A DNA stretch of 64,000 nucleotides, taken from Candidatus Marinacidobacterium sp. GTDB lineage: Bacteria; Acidobacteriota; Vicinamibacteria; Marinacidobacterales; Marinacidobacteraceae. The stretch lies in NCBI GenBank assembly GCA_965220965.1, contig OZ244852.1:1792001-1856000 (forward strand), read 5' to 3'. The notes beneath the pieces were generated by a model, which saw nothing but the letters and a program-made list of their open reading frames with translations, searched no databases and was not told where the DNA came from. Positions 1-9,057 of the stretch are shown piece after piece. Numbering within the stretch: position 1 is the stretch's first letter; every line of letters starts with the position of its first letter. The position numbers and the translations under genes were made by a program.

Positions 1-2
1 CG

Positions 3-1208
3 GAGAGTGCGCTCTCGTGCCTCTCGTGCCACGACGCGCACGAACACGAGCTCGGCGCCAGCGCTGGCGGGAGCGTGGCGGAGCGGAGCCGGGCGGCCTG
101 CCTTGGCTGCCACGCCGATCCGGCGGCAGCCCACCGCTACGAGCGGGTGACGACGGCGTCCGACTGTCTGGCCTGCCACCTGCCCCGCCAGGAGGAGGTG
201 TTCCCGGGGGCGGCCTTCACCGATCACTGGATCCGCGTCCGGGGCGCGCCGCCGGCTCCCGGTTCGCCGGTCGCGGAGGCCGAGATCGCCTGGCTCGAGC
301 TGCTCTACCGGAACGCGCTCTCCGAGCCGCAGCGGCCGCGCAACGAGGCGCGGCTCGCCATCGGTCTGGGGGAGCTGCTCCAGGCGCAGGGCCTCAGGGA
401 TTCGGCCATCGCTTCGATCCGGCGGGGTCTCGACCGTGATCCCGGCTACGGGCGGCTCCTGAAGGCGGCGGCGATCCTCCGTGAGGAGGGTGAGGCCCCG
501 CTCGCCATCACGGCGCTCGAGCGCGCGGCGGCGATGGATCCGGAGGCGGCTCAGGCGCACTTCGATCTCGGGGACCTTCGCCTGGCGAACGGGGACGCCG
601 GGGGAGCGGTCCGCTCGCTGGAGCGGGCGCGCGAGCTCCGCCCGGCGTCCGCGCTCGTCCTCGCCCGGCTGGGCGCGGCCCACCGCGCCAGCGGAGACTC
701 CGAGGCGGCGCTGGAGGCCGGGCTCGCCGCGGTCGAACGGACGGCGGCCGCTCCGGCGGACGCCGCCTCACCGGACGCCGCGCTCGAGGCGTGGCTGGAA
801 CTGGGCATCACCCACCGCGCCCGACGGGAGACCGCCCCGGCGGCCGAGGCGCTGCGCAACGCGCTCCAGCGGAGTCCCGACTGGCCGCCGGTCCTCGACG
901 CGCTGGCAAGGCTCCTCGCGCTGGACCCCGACGAGTCCCTCCGGGACCTTCCCGAGGCCATCCGCCTCGCGGAACGGCTCGCCGGCTTCTCCGGCTACCA
1001 GGAACCCGCGTCGCTCGACCTGCTGGCGGCGGTTCACGCCGCCGCCGGCGACTTCGAGCTGGCGGTGCGGGCTGCGGAGCTCGCGCTGGCGCAGCTTGCT
1101 GCCGAAGGGGTAGCGAGCGCGCTGGCCGAGGGCCTCCGGGACCGGCTTGCGCTCTACAGGAACGGCCAGGCCTTCGTGGAGCCCCCGCCGGTCCTGCGGC
1201 TGCGGTAG
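3..1208 (+). CDS. Multiheme c-type cytochrome domain + TPR protein (5' partial)
   Basis: Frame open from the window start; three CxxCH motifs (CLSCH, CLGCH, CLACH) and FTDHWIR, followed by TPR-like helical repeats. Confidence 0.8.
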   Translation, partial: ESALSCLSCHDAHEHELGASAGGSVAERSRAACLGCHADPAAAHRYERVTTASDCLACHLPRQEEVFPGAAFTDHWIRVRGAPPAPGSPVAEAEIAWLELLYRNALSEPQRPRNEARLAIGLGELLQAQGLRDSAIASIRRGLDRDPGYGRLLKAAAILREEGEAPLAITALERAAAMDPEAAQAHFDLGDLRLANGDAGGAVRSLERARELRPASALVLARLGAAHRASGDSEAALEAGLAAVERTAAAPADAASPDAALEAWLELGITHRARRETAPAAEALRNALQRSPDWPPVLDALARLLALDPDESLRDLPEAIRLAERLAGFSGYQEPASLDLLAAVHAAAGDFELAVRAAELALAQLAAEGVASALAEGLRDRLALYRNGQAFVEPPPVLRLR

Positions 1209-1314
1209 CCGCCCAACAGACCGTCAGGCGCGAGCGGGCGCCGGCCGTGGCGCGCCGCGAATGCGTCGCCACGCGTGGCGATCAACGGCGTGCCGGACGG
1301 ACCCCGCGTCGCCC

Positions 1315-1351
1315 AAACAAAAAGGCGGCCGGCCCCGAGGGGCCGGCCGCC
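1315..1351 (-). terminator. Rho-independent terminator of the TonB receptor gene
   Basis: Perfect inverted repeat GGCGGCCGGCCCC/GGGGCCGGCCGCC (1324-1351) followed on the minus strand by TTTTTGTTT. Confidence 0.85.
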
Positions 1352-1373
1352 AGGGTTGGCGAAGAAGGATCGC

Positions 1374-4300
1374 CTAGAAGGTGACCTTCGTCATGAACTG
1401 GAGCGTGCGGGGGAAGCCGCCGCTGCCAGTGATCTCGCCGAAGTTGCTGTTGCCGAAGATGGTCCGGGGGCCGTTCCAGTTGGGCTGGTTGAAGAGGTTG
1501 ATCATCTCGAACCGGAGCGTGAGGTTCGCATCCGAGAAGATGTTCGTGGACTTCTCCAGCGATACATCCCAGTTCTGGAGAGCCGGAGTCCGGACCACGT
1601 CCGTGGTGTGCGGCGCCGAGCTGAGCACAAGCCCGTCGAGCTGCGTCACGGAACCGGCCTGCAGGTAGTTCTCATGGTTGCCCGAGGGGTTGCCGCCGCC
1701 GGTCACGTTGGCGTTCGTGGGCCGCTGGTGGTCATAGCCGTAGGAACTCAGAGGGTTGCTGCTCTGCTTGATCGTCAGCGGGAAACCGGTCCGCAGGATC
1801 GTCATGGTGGACAACGCCCAGCCGCTGAAGATCGGGTTGTCGCCCGGGGTCCGCAGCGTGAAGCTGATGTTCACCTGGTGCGGCGTGTGGATCCGCGACA
1901 GGCCGTAGTCCGCGTCCAGGACCGGGCAGATCCCGGTGGAGCAGGCCTCCGGCGTGTTGTAGATCACGCTCTCTTCATCGGAAACCCGGGTGTTGCTCTC
2001 GTAGATGTTGTCCTGGTGATTCGTGAACGTGTAGTTGATCCGGGCGCCCCAGTTGTCGCGGAAGCGCTTTTCGAACTCGAGACGCATCGAGTGGTAGAGC
2101 GACTTGCCGGCGCTGGCGTGCCGCGCGAACACGTTCCGGAAATGAGGGTACGGGCGAAGCAACTGACCCAGCGGGAGGGTCTCGGCGTTCGCGAGCGGAC
2201 CGAAGTCGGAATGTCCGTAGAACGGGTTCGGGTACTGCTCGTTCAGGCGGTCTCCCAGCGACAGGTAGGAGTCCGGAAGCTGGTTGATGTTGATGACCGA
2301 GTTGTTCGTGCCGCCGATGGGCAGGTCCACGCCCTGGCTGCCGACATATCCGGCCTTGACCACCAGGTCGGTTCCGATGTCGCGCTGGAAGTCGAGCGAC
2401 CACTTGTGGATGTAGGGCGACTGGCGGAACTGGTCATTGAAGTAGACGGTGTCGCCGATGTTCTGAAGGCGGCCTTCCGTATTCCCTACGGGGTCGTCCA
2501 CACCGTTCGGGAACGGGTTCGAGGCGGTCGCGGCCGGGGGCGTGATCCCGTCGAGGCTCGTCGAGAGCCCGGTTACGGCGGTGAAGCCATAGGTCCCGAG
2601 GTTCGAAGCGCTCGTCCCTCCCGGAATGGCGTACGGGGCCCAGAAGACGGCGTAGCCGCCACGGATCACGCTCTCGGGGCTCAGGGTGTAGGCGAAGCCG
2701 AGGCGGGGTCCCAGCTTGATCGAGGGAGGATCCCACTGGTGGGTCGGGTTGTCGCCCACGCCGGCGTACATCAGGCCGCCGCGCAGCGGGAAGCCGGGGA
2801 GCGTGCCCTCGAGGCTCGGATCCAGCGTCGGCTGGATCGGGAACGGGTTCTCGCGGTCCCAGCCCACGGCGAAGCCGTTCTCCTCCTCCATGAGGCCGGT
2901 CTCGTGCTCGAGCCGCAGCCCCAGGTTCAGGACCAGGTTCTCGCTCGGACGCCAGTCATCCTGGATGAAGCCGCCGAAGTAGTCGATGTAGACATCGGCC
3001 GGATCGGCGATCGTGACCTGTCCGCTGTCGGGGATCCCGAGCAGGAGGTCCGCCAGCGCGCTTCCGGAGGCGGAGTCCGGCGCGGTCGGGTTCGGTCCGC
3101 GAGTGAAGCTCCGATCGAAGCCGATCTGCAGGCCATTCGAAAAGGCCACGGCGTGAAGCCCCATGCGACGCCACTGGACGCCGTACTTCAGCGTGTGGTT
3201 TCCGACGAACTGCGAGTAGGTTCCGGCGACCTCCTGCGAGGTCCACTGGACGTCGTTGTTCGACCAGGAACCGTGGGTGGTCCCCCCGTCCCCGAACTCG
3301 GAGATCGAGACCGACGGGAACTGCCCCTCGTACCCCGGCTGGGCGTAGAGGGCGTCCACGAAGCCGCCCTGGAAGCCCAGACCCCGGTAGTCCTCCGCTC
3401 CGAAGGCCGGGTTCGAGTTGGAGTCGTTGAAGTAGGTCTGGCCGTAGCGCAGCGTCAGGACCGAGGCGTCTCCGGTCAGGAAGGTGTTGTTGAACGCGAC
3501 CGCGTGAACGTCCCGACCCAGGAGGGCGGCGCCGATGCCGTAGGCGGGGGATTCGTCGGCGTTCAGCAGATCCTTGTAGTGGCTGAAGGCGGGCTCGGAG
3601 GACGTGTAGTAGAGGTAGGTCAGCGAGCTCTGCCACGAATCGGAGAAGGTGTGGCTGATGTTCCCGGTGGCCTGGAGCGCCTCGGTGATCTGGACTCCGG
3701 AAGCGGCGATGTCGCCGCCGGGTCCGAGGTTCGTCAGAAGCTGCGCGAGCGACGAACCCACCGGGTCGATCATGCTCGAGGGGATCCGGTTCCCGGCGAA
3801 GGGCCTCCGGTTGCCGTTCGCGTCGAGGTCGTAGGGGTTGTAGATCGTGACGCCGCTCTGCGAGAAGTCGCCCGCGGCCTCGGCGGCCGTCGGCAGCGTG
3901 ATCGTCGTGTTCGACGCCTGGTGGTCGGCGTATCCCTCGGCGGAGACCCAGAAGAACGTCCGATCCTCGAGGATCGGCCCGCCGAACGAACCGCCATAGA
4001 GGCCGTACGGCCGATCCGGGATGTCGTCCGCCGTCAGGCTGCCTTCATCGATGTCCACCTGCGTGTGGTAGTAGTACTCGCGGAACCAGCCGCCAAGCTG
4101 CGAGGGGCGGATCTGGTAGAGGCCGCTCCCCGCCCAGTTGTTCGTTCCGGTGCGGTGGATCACGTTGAAGACGCCGCCGCCGGTCCGGCCCATCTCGGCG
4201 TCGTAGGTGTTGACCTGGACCTTCATTTCCTGGACCGCCTCGAAGACCGGGATGATCACGGTGCGGTTCCGGAGGTCGGTCGTGGAGACGCCATCCACGG

Positions 4301-4886
4301 TGTAGTTGTTCCCGCGGAGCGGCCCGCCGCCCAGCGAGAGCAGCGAGGAGTTCGTCTGGTCCGACTGCTTCACCCAGAACGGGTCGCCGGTGTGGACCAC
4401 GTTCGGAGTGCCCACCGACATGATGAAGACGTTCCGTCCCGGGGTGGGAAGGACTTCGAGCTGGGCCCGGTCCACCGCAGTGGCCACCGAGGCCGTCGCG
4501 GTCTCGATCAGCGGGCTCTCCGCCGTGACCGTGACCGTCTCTTCGATGCCGCCGACGTTGAGCACGAGGTCAACGACCAGCGCTGAAGAAACTCCGACCA
4601 GGAAGCCTTCGTTCACCGAGGGAGCGAACCCGCTCAGCTCGGCGCGCACCGTGTAGGTGGCGGGCTGGACGTTGGCGAAGACGTACTCGCCAACGGCGTT
4701 CGTAACGGAACTCCGGGAAACCCCGGTGCCCTCGTTCGCCAGCGTCACCGTGACGCCGGGAAGGACGCCGCCGTCGGCGTCCCGGATGATGCCGCGGACG
4801 CTGCCCTGGAAGGTCTGGGCAAAGGCGCCCGACGCGACCCCCAGGACGGCCAGCACCGCGACCGTTCTAGTCAACAGAGACCTCAT
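1374..4886 (-). CDS. TonB-dependent receptor with N-terminal carboxypeptidase-regulatory-like domain (Oar-like)
   Basis: 1170 aa; signal peptide, GTVRD-like N-domain, plug motif (AEMGRTGGG), FIQDDW barrel motif, C-terminal F; SD AGGAGGAG. Confidence 0.9.
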   Translation of the reverse strand: MRSLLTRTVAVLAVLGVASGAFAQTFQGSVRGIIRDADGGVLPGVTVTLANEGTGVSRSSVTNAVGEYVFANVQPATYTVRAELSGFAPSVNEGFLVGVSSALVVDLVLNVGGIEETVTVTAESPLIETATASVATAVDRAQLEVLPTPGRNVFIMSVGTPNVVHTGDPFWVKQSDQTNSSLLSLGGGPLRGNNYTVDGVSTTDLRNRTVIIPVFEAVQEMKVQVNTYDAEMGRTGGGVFNVIHRTGTNNWAGSGLYQIRPSQLGGWFREYYYHTQVDIDEGSLTADDIPDRPYGLYGGSFGGPILEDRTFFWVSAEGYADHQASNTTITLPTAAEAAGDFSQSGVTIYNPYDLDANGNRRPFAGNRIPSSMIDPVGSSLAQLLTNLGPGGDIAASGVQITEALQATGNISHTFSDSWQSSLTYLYYTSSEPAFSHYKDLLNADESPAYGIGAALLGRDVHAVAFNNTFLTGDASVLTLRYGQTYFNDSNSNPAFGAEDYRGLGFQGGFVDALYAQPGYEGQFPSVSISEFGDGGTTHGSWSNNDVQWTSQEVAGTYSQFVGNHTLKYGVQWRRMGLHAVAFSNGLQIGFDRSFTRGPNPTAPDSASGSALADLLLGIPDSGQVTIADPADVYIDYFGGFIQDDWRPSENLVLNLGLRLEHETGLMEEENGFAVGWDRENPFPIQPTLDPSLEGTLPGFPLRGGLMYAGVGDNPTHQWDPPSIKLGPRLGFAYTLSPESVIRGGYAVFWAPYAIPGGTSASNLGTYGFTAVTGLSTSLDGITPPAATASNPFPNGVDDPVGNTEGRLQNIGDTVYFNDQFRQSPYIHKWSLDFQRDIGTDLVVKAGYVGSQGVDLPIGGTNNSVININQLPDSYLSLGDRLNEQYPNPFYGHSDFGPLANAETLPLGQLLRPYPHFRNVFARHASAGKSLYHSMRLEFEKRFRDNWGARINYTFTNHQDNIYESNTRVSDEESVIYNTPEACSTGICPVLDADYGLSRIHTPHQVNISFTLRTPGDNPIFSGWALSTMTILRTGFPLTIKQSSNPLSSYGYDHQRPTNANVTGGGNPSGNHENYLQAGSVTQLDGLVLSSAPHTTDVVRTPALQNWDVSLEKSTNIFSDANLTLRFEMINLFNQPNWNGPRTIFGNSNFGEITGSGGFPRTLQFMTKVTF

Positions 4887-5268
4887 GAGCTCCTCCTGAT
4901 TCGGATGAGGACAGTTTGGGCGGGACGCGCCATGCGTCCCTCGGCCTCCCGGAGCGCGCCGGAAAGCGGCGAAACCACCGGTTCGTGGCCGTGTAGGAAG
5001 GGGCGGACGATATCACAGTCCGGGTGGAGCGATGACATGTCCTGCGGGGGCTACAGGCAAGTTGCGCACCGTCGGGGCACAGCCCCCTCCAGGAGCACTT
5101 AAGTGATTGACTCAAAGGATTTAAGCCACATCGCTCGGGAGAGACTCTCACGGCCACCGGAATTCGGAATTCCGGATTCGATCCGGCGACACCGAGGGCC
5201 AGGCGCTCCCGACGACGGCTCGCCTCGGGGAGGCGGGACGTAGGATCGGACCGGCGGGAACCCATCGC

Positions 5269-5796
5269 ATGCAACCGGACGGCGCACACGTCACTCCCAG
5301 AGGCCGGTACCGGACGCCCTCCGAGGTCTGCCCGCCCCCCCGGGAGCGACCGGCGCTCGATCTGGAGGCGCGCTGTCCCCCGGAGGCGATGGCCAGGCTT
5401 CGCCGGCTGGAGATCGCCAGCACGCACCGGTGCCTGGTCGCCGACCGGCGCGGGCTTTCCCGGGACGGCGTCACGTTTCTCGGCCGCCTCATGGGGCTCG
5501 GACCCCGCGCCGATACGCTCGAGGCGCTCGACCTGTTCGGGGAGGCGCCGTTCCGGGTGACGCTCCACCACGTCCACCCCGGCGCGATGAGCCCGATGCT
5601 GTGGAACTACTGGCATCTGCGGCTTCACGGCGAGCCGCCCCGGCGGCCGGCTCCAACGGTGATCACCGAGATGAAGGCGGCGGGCGCGCTCCCGCCGTCC
5701 ACCCCCGAGCCGCCGGCGCCGCAGTGGCCGCCGCGCGGCGGACGGACGAAGCCGGACTACGGCAGGTGTCTGTGGCGGTTCAGGCGATCCACCTGA
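5269..5796 (+). CDS. Hypothetical protein, putative antitoxin partner of the AbiEii-family gene
   Basis: Overlaps the downstream nucleotidyltransferase gene; PG...W.YW motif; TAGGAT -10-like element upstream; start uncertain. Confidence 0.5.
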   Translation: MQPDGAHVTPRGRYRTPSEVCPPPRERPALDLEARCPPEAMARLRRLEIASTHRCLVADRRGLSRDGVTFLGRLMGLGPRADTLEALDLFGEAPFRVTLHHVHPGAMSPMLWNYWHLRLHGEPPRRPAPTVITEMKAAGALPPSTPEPPAPQWPPRGGRTKPDYGRCLWRFRRST

Positions 5797-6479
5797 GCCG
5801 CCTCCCGAAGGCGCAGCGGACGATCTTCCCGCTACTCGGGTGGAGCCGGGAGGCGTTCGTGCTCTACGGGGGAACGGCCTGCGCCCTCCACCTCGGCCAC
5901 CGCGCATCGGTCGACTTCGATCTGTTCTCGGCCGATGGCCTCGATGAGGCCGGCAAACGGCGGATCGTCGAGGAGATGGAATCGGGAGGCGCCGTCCGGA
6001 TCACGCAGGACGAAGAATCCACGCTGCAGGTCGAAGTGGCCACGGGCGACTCGGCCGTCCTGATCTCCTTCTTCGGCGGCATCGGTTTCCCGCGGCTCGC
6101 CCCCCCGGTGGCGGCGCCGGTCGGCCCCCGGATCGCTTCCCGGCTGGACCTGGCCGGGCTCAAGCTGGCGATGGTCTATGCCCGCCACGAGGAAAACGAC
6201 GCGGCGGATCTCGCGGCGCTGCTGGACGCCGGGGTCTCGCTCGATGAGGCGGCCGGGGCGATGCTTCAACACTACGGCGAGGAGGACCCGATCCGGACTG
6301 CCGTCACCGCGATGAGCTGGCTCGATGGCCGCAGCCCTTCCCCCCAGAACGCGCTCACCGAGGCCCGCCGCCTGACGCTGCGCCGGGCGGTGGCGGCGTG
6401 GGGAAACCGGATCCCGAAGCTCCCGGTGGACCACCCGAGCCTGAGCGCCCCTGGCTACGACCCGGCTGCGCTCGCCTGA
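5766..6479 (+). CDS. Nucleotidyltransferase, AbiEii/AbiGii toxin family
   Basis: LYGGTA...GHRxSVDFD signature; GTG start at 5766 or 5772 within ORF 5430-6479. Confidence 0.85.
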   Translation: MSVAVQAIHLSRLPKAQRTIFPLLGWSREAFVLYGGTACALHLGHRASVDFDLFSADGLDEAGKRRIVEEMESGGAVRITQDEESTLQVEVATGDSAVLISFFGGIGFPRLAPPVAAPVGPRIASRLDLAGLKLAMVYARHEENDAADLAALLDAGVSLDEAAGAMLQHYGEEDPIRTAVTAMSWLDGRSPSPQNALTEARRLTLRRAVAAWGNRIPKLPVDHPSLSAPGYDPAALA

Positions 6480-6505
6480 GCCGCGCGCGGATCCCGGCCC
6501 GGCCC

Positions 6506-7672
6506 CTACGCCGCCGGCATCGCGCCGAAGAAGTCGGCGTGGCCGGCGAGGATCCGCTCCTCGGCCTCCCGGTTCGGTTCGAGCGACCAGACATCCCGCT
6601 CGCGGGTCCCGCCGAGGAGGATGCCGTCAGCGCGGGGCATCATGTAGAGCCCGCCGGCGAGGGTGATGTAGCGGATCTCCGGCTGGGGGAGCAGGACGGT
6701 GAGCTGTCCCTTGAGCGGAACGAGCCCCTCGTCCCCGGTGAGGGCGCGGGCGCCGATTCCGGTGCAGTTCACGATCCGCCGCTCGGGAAGCGAGGCCACC
6801 TCGTCCAGCGAGCCGAAGTCGCGGATCCGGAGCGACCCCCCCGCGATGAGGAAGTCGCGGAGCACCGCCTCCAGATAGACAGGCGGCTCGATCATCATGC
6901 TCTGGAACTGGCGCGCGTAGCGCGCCGGGAACGGGTGGGTTCCGGGAGCGAAGTCGCGCGCCTCGGGAAAGAGATCGGCCAACGTCTCCGGCCCCACGGA
7001 TCCGCCGAACGGCGCATCGCTCACCGGGTAGTTCGGGAGCCAGCGGATGCCGTAACGGGTTCCGACCATGTCCTGGAAGATGCGGTAGGCGATCCGGGCG
7101 GCGCGCTGGAACCGGCCCTGGAACTCCTCCGTCGCGACGCGGGCGTCAGCGACCGAGAACGGCGACCACTGCGCGCACGCCACGTTCGATGTGGTCTCCG
7201 GCGGCAGGTCCTTCGCGTAGATCGTGACCCCGGCGCCGCGGCGCTGGAGCAGCCGGGCGGTCGCAAGGCCGACCGCGCCGCAACCGATCACCGCGGCGCG
7301 GGCGGGCGGAGGTTCGTCACCCAGAAGCTCCTCCACCGCCAGCCAGGCGGTCCCCCACGAGAGCGTCACGCCGCCCCCGCCGTGGCCGTAGTTGTGGACC
7401 AGGATCCGGCCGCCGCCGAGGTCCTCGCGCTCCACCCGGAACCCCGCCGGGCGATAGGGGCGCAGGCCCACCACCGTGCGGATCACCCGGTCGCGCGACA
7501 CCCGGACGCGGGGGAGACGGAACGCCGGCTCCGCCGGGGCCGGCGGGGCGGGCGCCGGACGGGCGGAACAGCCGGCGAGCGCCGCGGCGCCGAGCCCGGC
7601 GGCGGAGCCCAGCAGCGCGCGCCGCGAGAGCGGCGAGCCGGGGCGGACCAGAGTGGGGGTGGGCGGCGTCAG
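6506..7672 (-). CDS. FAD-dependent D-amino acid oxidase-like protein, Tat-lipoprotein
   Basis: SRRALL Tat motif, LAGC lipobox, GLRP, HNYGHGGGG..SWG and GxGxxG motifs; no in-frame ATG/GTG/TTG near the signal, CTG at 7672 follows GGAGG. Confidence 0.8.
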   Translation of the reverse strand: MTPPTPTLVRPGSPLSRRALLGSAAGLGAAALAGCSARPAPAPPAPAEPAFRLPRVRVSRDRVIRTVVGLRPYRPAGFRVEREDLGGGRILVHNYGHGGGGVTLSWGTAWLAVEELLGDEPPPARAAVIGCGAVGLATARLLQRRGAGVTIYAKDLPPETTSNVACAQWSPFSVADARVATEEFQGRFQRAARIAYRIFQDMVGTRYGIRWLPNYPVSDAPFGGSVGPETLADLFPEARDFAPGTHPFPARYARQFQSMMIEPPVYLEAVLRDFLIAGGSLRIRDFGSLDEVASLPERRIVNCTGIGARALTGDEGLVPLKGQLTVLLPQPEIRYITLAGGLYMMPRADGILLGGTRERDVWSLEPNREAEERILAGHADFFGAMPAA

Positions 7673-7693
7673 GACAACCTCCGGAAGGGCTCC

Positions 7694-7702
7694 GTATACT
7701 AG
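7694..7702. promoter_or_regulatory. Overlapping divergent -10 elements
   Basis: GTATACTAG between divergent genes reads TATACT on + and TAGTAT on -. Confidence 0.4.
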
Positions 7703-7759
7703 GGGCGTCGGCGCAGCGGCGACCCGGGCGACGGGCCGCCCCGCCGCAAGGAGGTCAGG

Positions 7760-8485
7760 ATGGATCGCAGGATGTTCCTCAAGGCGTCGGCCGCGGTGAG
7801 CGCCGCCGGCATCGTGGGTGTGAACGACCGGGCCGAAGCGCTCGAGCACGAGATGATGCACATGCTCGACGCGCCGGAGCGTCCGCCGCTCCGCGGCGCC
7901 GACGACGAGGAGCCGCTCTCGGTGATGCCGGAGAAGCCCACGCTGGTGGACTTCTTCGAGCACCGGTTCGCGCCGGCGTCCCACGTGCTCCAGAGCGCCG
8001 CCCGCGCCCAGAAGCACGGGATGAGCGAGGAGATCATCCTCGCCTGCCTGCTCCACGACCTGTCGGTGATGAACCTGATCCGCGCCGACCACGGGTGGTG
8101 GGGCGCTCAGTTGATCGAGCCCTACGTCCCGGAACGGGTGTCCTGGGCCATCCGCTACCACCAGGCGCTCCGGTTCTTCCCGGATCCCTCGGTGGGCTAC
8201 GAGTACCCCGAGATGTACGTCCGGATGTTCGGGGCCGACCACGAGCCGGAGCCGTACATCAAGGCGGCCTACGAGTTCGCGCGGAACCACAAGTGGTACA
8301 TGGACGCCCGGTCGATCACGATGCACGACGACTACAGCTTCGATCCGGACGCCAAGGTCTCGATCGAGCCGTTCATCGACATCATCGGGCGGCACTTCCG
8401 CCAGCCGAAGGAAGGCCTCGGCAACGACAACAGCCCCTCCGCCCACATGTGGCGGACGATGATCAACCCCCGGCGGCGCCTGTAG
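7760..8485 (+). CDS. HD-domain metalloprotein with Tat signal (PhnZ/TmpB-like pattern)
   Basis: MDRRMFLK Tat motif; HVLQSA...ACLLHD...H..WGA...RYH; SD GGAGG. Confidence 0.75.
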   Translation: MDRRMFLKASAAVSAAGIVGVNDRAEALEHEMMHMLDAPERPPLRGADDEEPLSVMPEKPTLVDFFEHRFAPASHVLQSAARAQKHGMSEEIILACLLHDLSVMNLIRADHGWWGAQLIEPYVPERVSWAIRYHQALRFFPDPSVGYEYPEMYVRMFGADHEPEPYIKAAYEFARNHKWYMDARSITMHDDYSFDPDAKVSIEPFIDIIGRHFRQPKEGLGNDNSPSAHMWRTMINPRRRL

Positions 8486-8508
8486 TTCCGGACGCGCGCG
8501 AGGGCGCA

Positions 8509-9003
8509 ATGCGGCGAAGAACCCTGCTGGCGGCCTGCGCCGTCGCGTTGTCCGCCGCCGGATGTTCGGCGGCGCTGAACCTGGGCTCGTGGCGACCCGC
8601 GGCGCCGCTACCGGTCCACATCTACTCGACGGAGACCGAAGACGCCGACGCGGCGGCGATGCTCGCGCTCGCCGAGGAGGAGGTGAAGGGCCGGGTGGCG
8701 CGCCGGGACCGGTGGTTCCGGGTCGTGGAGGACCGGACCGAGGCCGCGGTCGTGCTTCGCCTCACGCGCTACTCCGTCGAGCGGTTGCGACCCCAGCAGA
8801 ACGACGGGAACAGCGAGACGATCCGCACGCACTTCGTGGACGCGCTCGCGACCATCGGCGACGCGCGCCAGCGGATCACCGGGATCGACTCCAGGGAGGT
8901 CAACTTCGACCGGCTGGAGTACGCGGCGAGCCAGCTCGTGGATGAGCTCGAGCGGTTCTGCCGGGAGAACCAGGCGCTGCTGGGCCCCGCGCCGAGCGGG
9001 TAG
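8509..9003 (+). CDS. Hypothetical lipoprotein
   Basis: ATG 8509, MRRRTLLAACAVALSAAGC lipoprotein signal; globular-looking sequence. Confidence 0.7.
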   Translation: MRRRTLLAACAVALSAAGCSAALNLGSWRPAAPLPVHIYSTETEDADAAAMLALAEEEVKGRVARRDRWFRVVEDRTEAAVVLRLTRYSVERLRPQQNDGNSETIRTHFVDALATIGDARQRITGIDSREVNFDRLEYAASQLVDELERFCRENQALLGPAPSG

Positions 9004-9057
9004 ACCAGCCGGCGAGGAAGACCTCCGCGCCGTCCCCGCGCCGTTGGCGGCGGCCGC

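Noticed and set aside
1266-1281. Perfect 16-bp palindrome TCGCCACGCGTGGCGA
   Set aside because: No second copy noticed; GC-rich and between convergent genes, so not evidence of a REP family
1275-4586. 1103-aa plus-strand ORF
   Set aside because: Antisense shadow of the TonB receptor gene, with no motifs; typical of high-GC codon bias
7673-8509. Long N-terminal extension of the oxidase in the ORF track
   Set aside because: Antisense to the HD-domain gene; the Tat signal lies much further downstream
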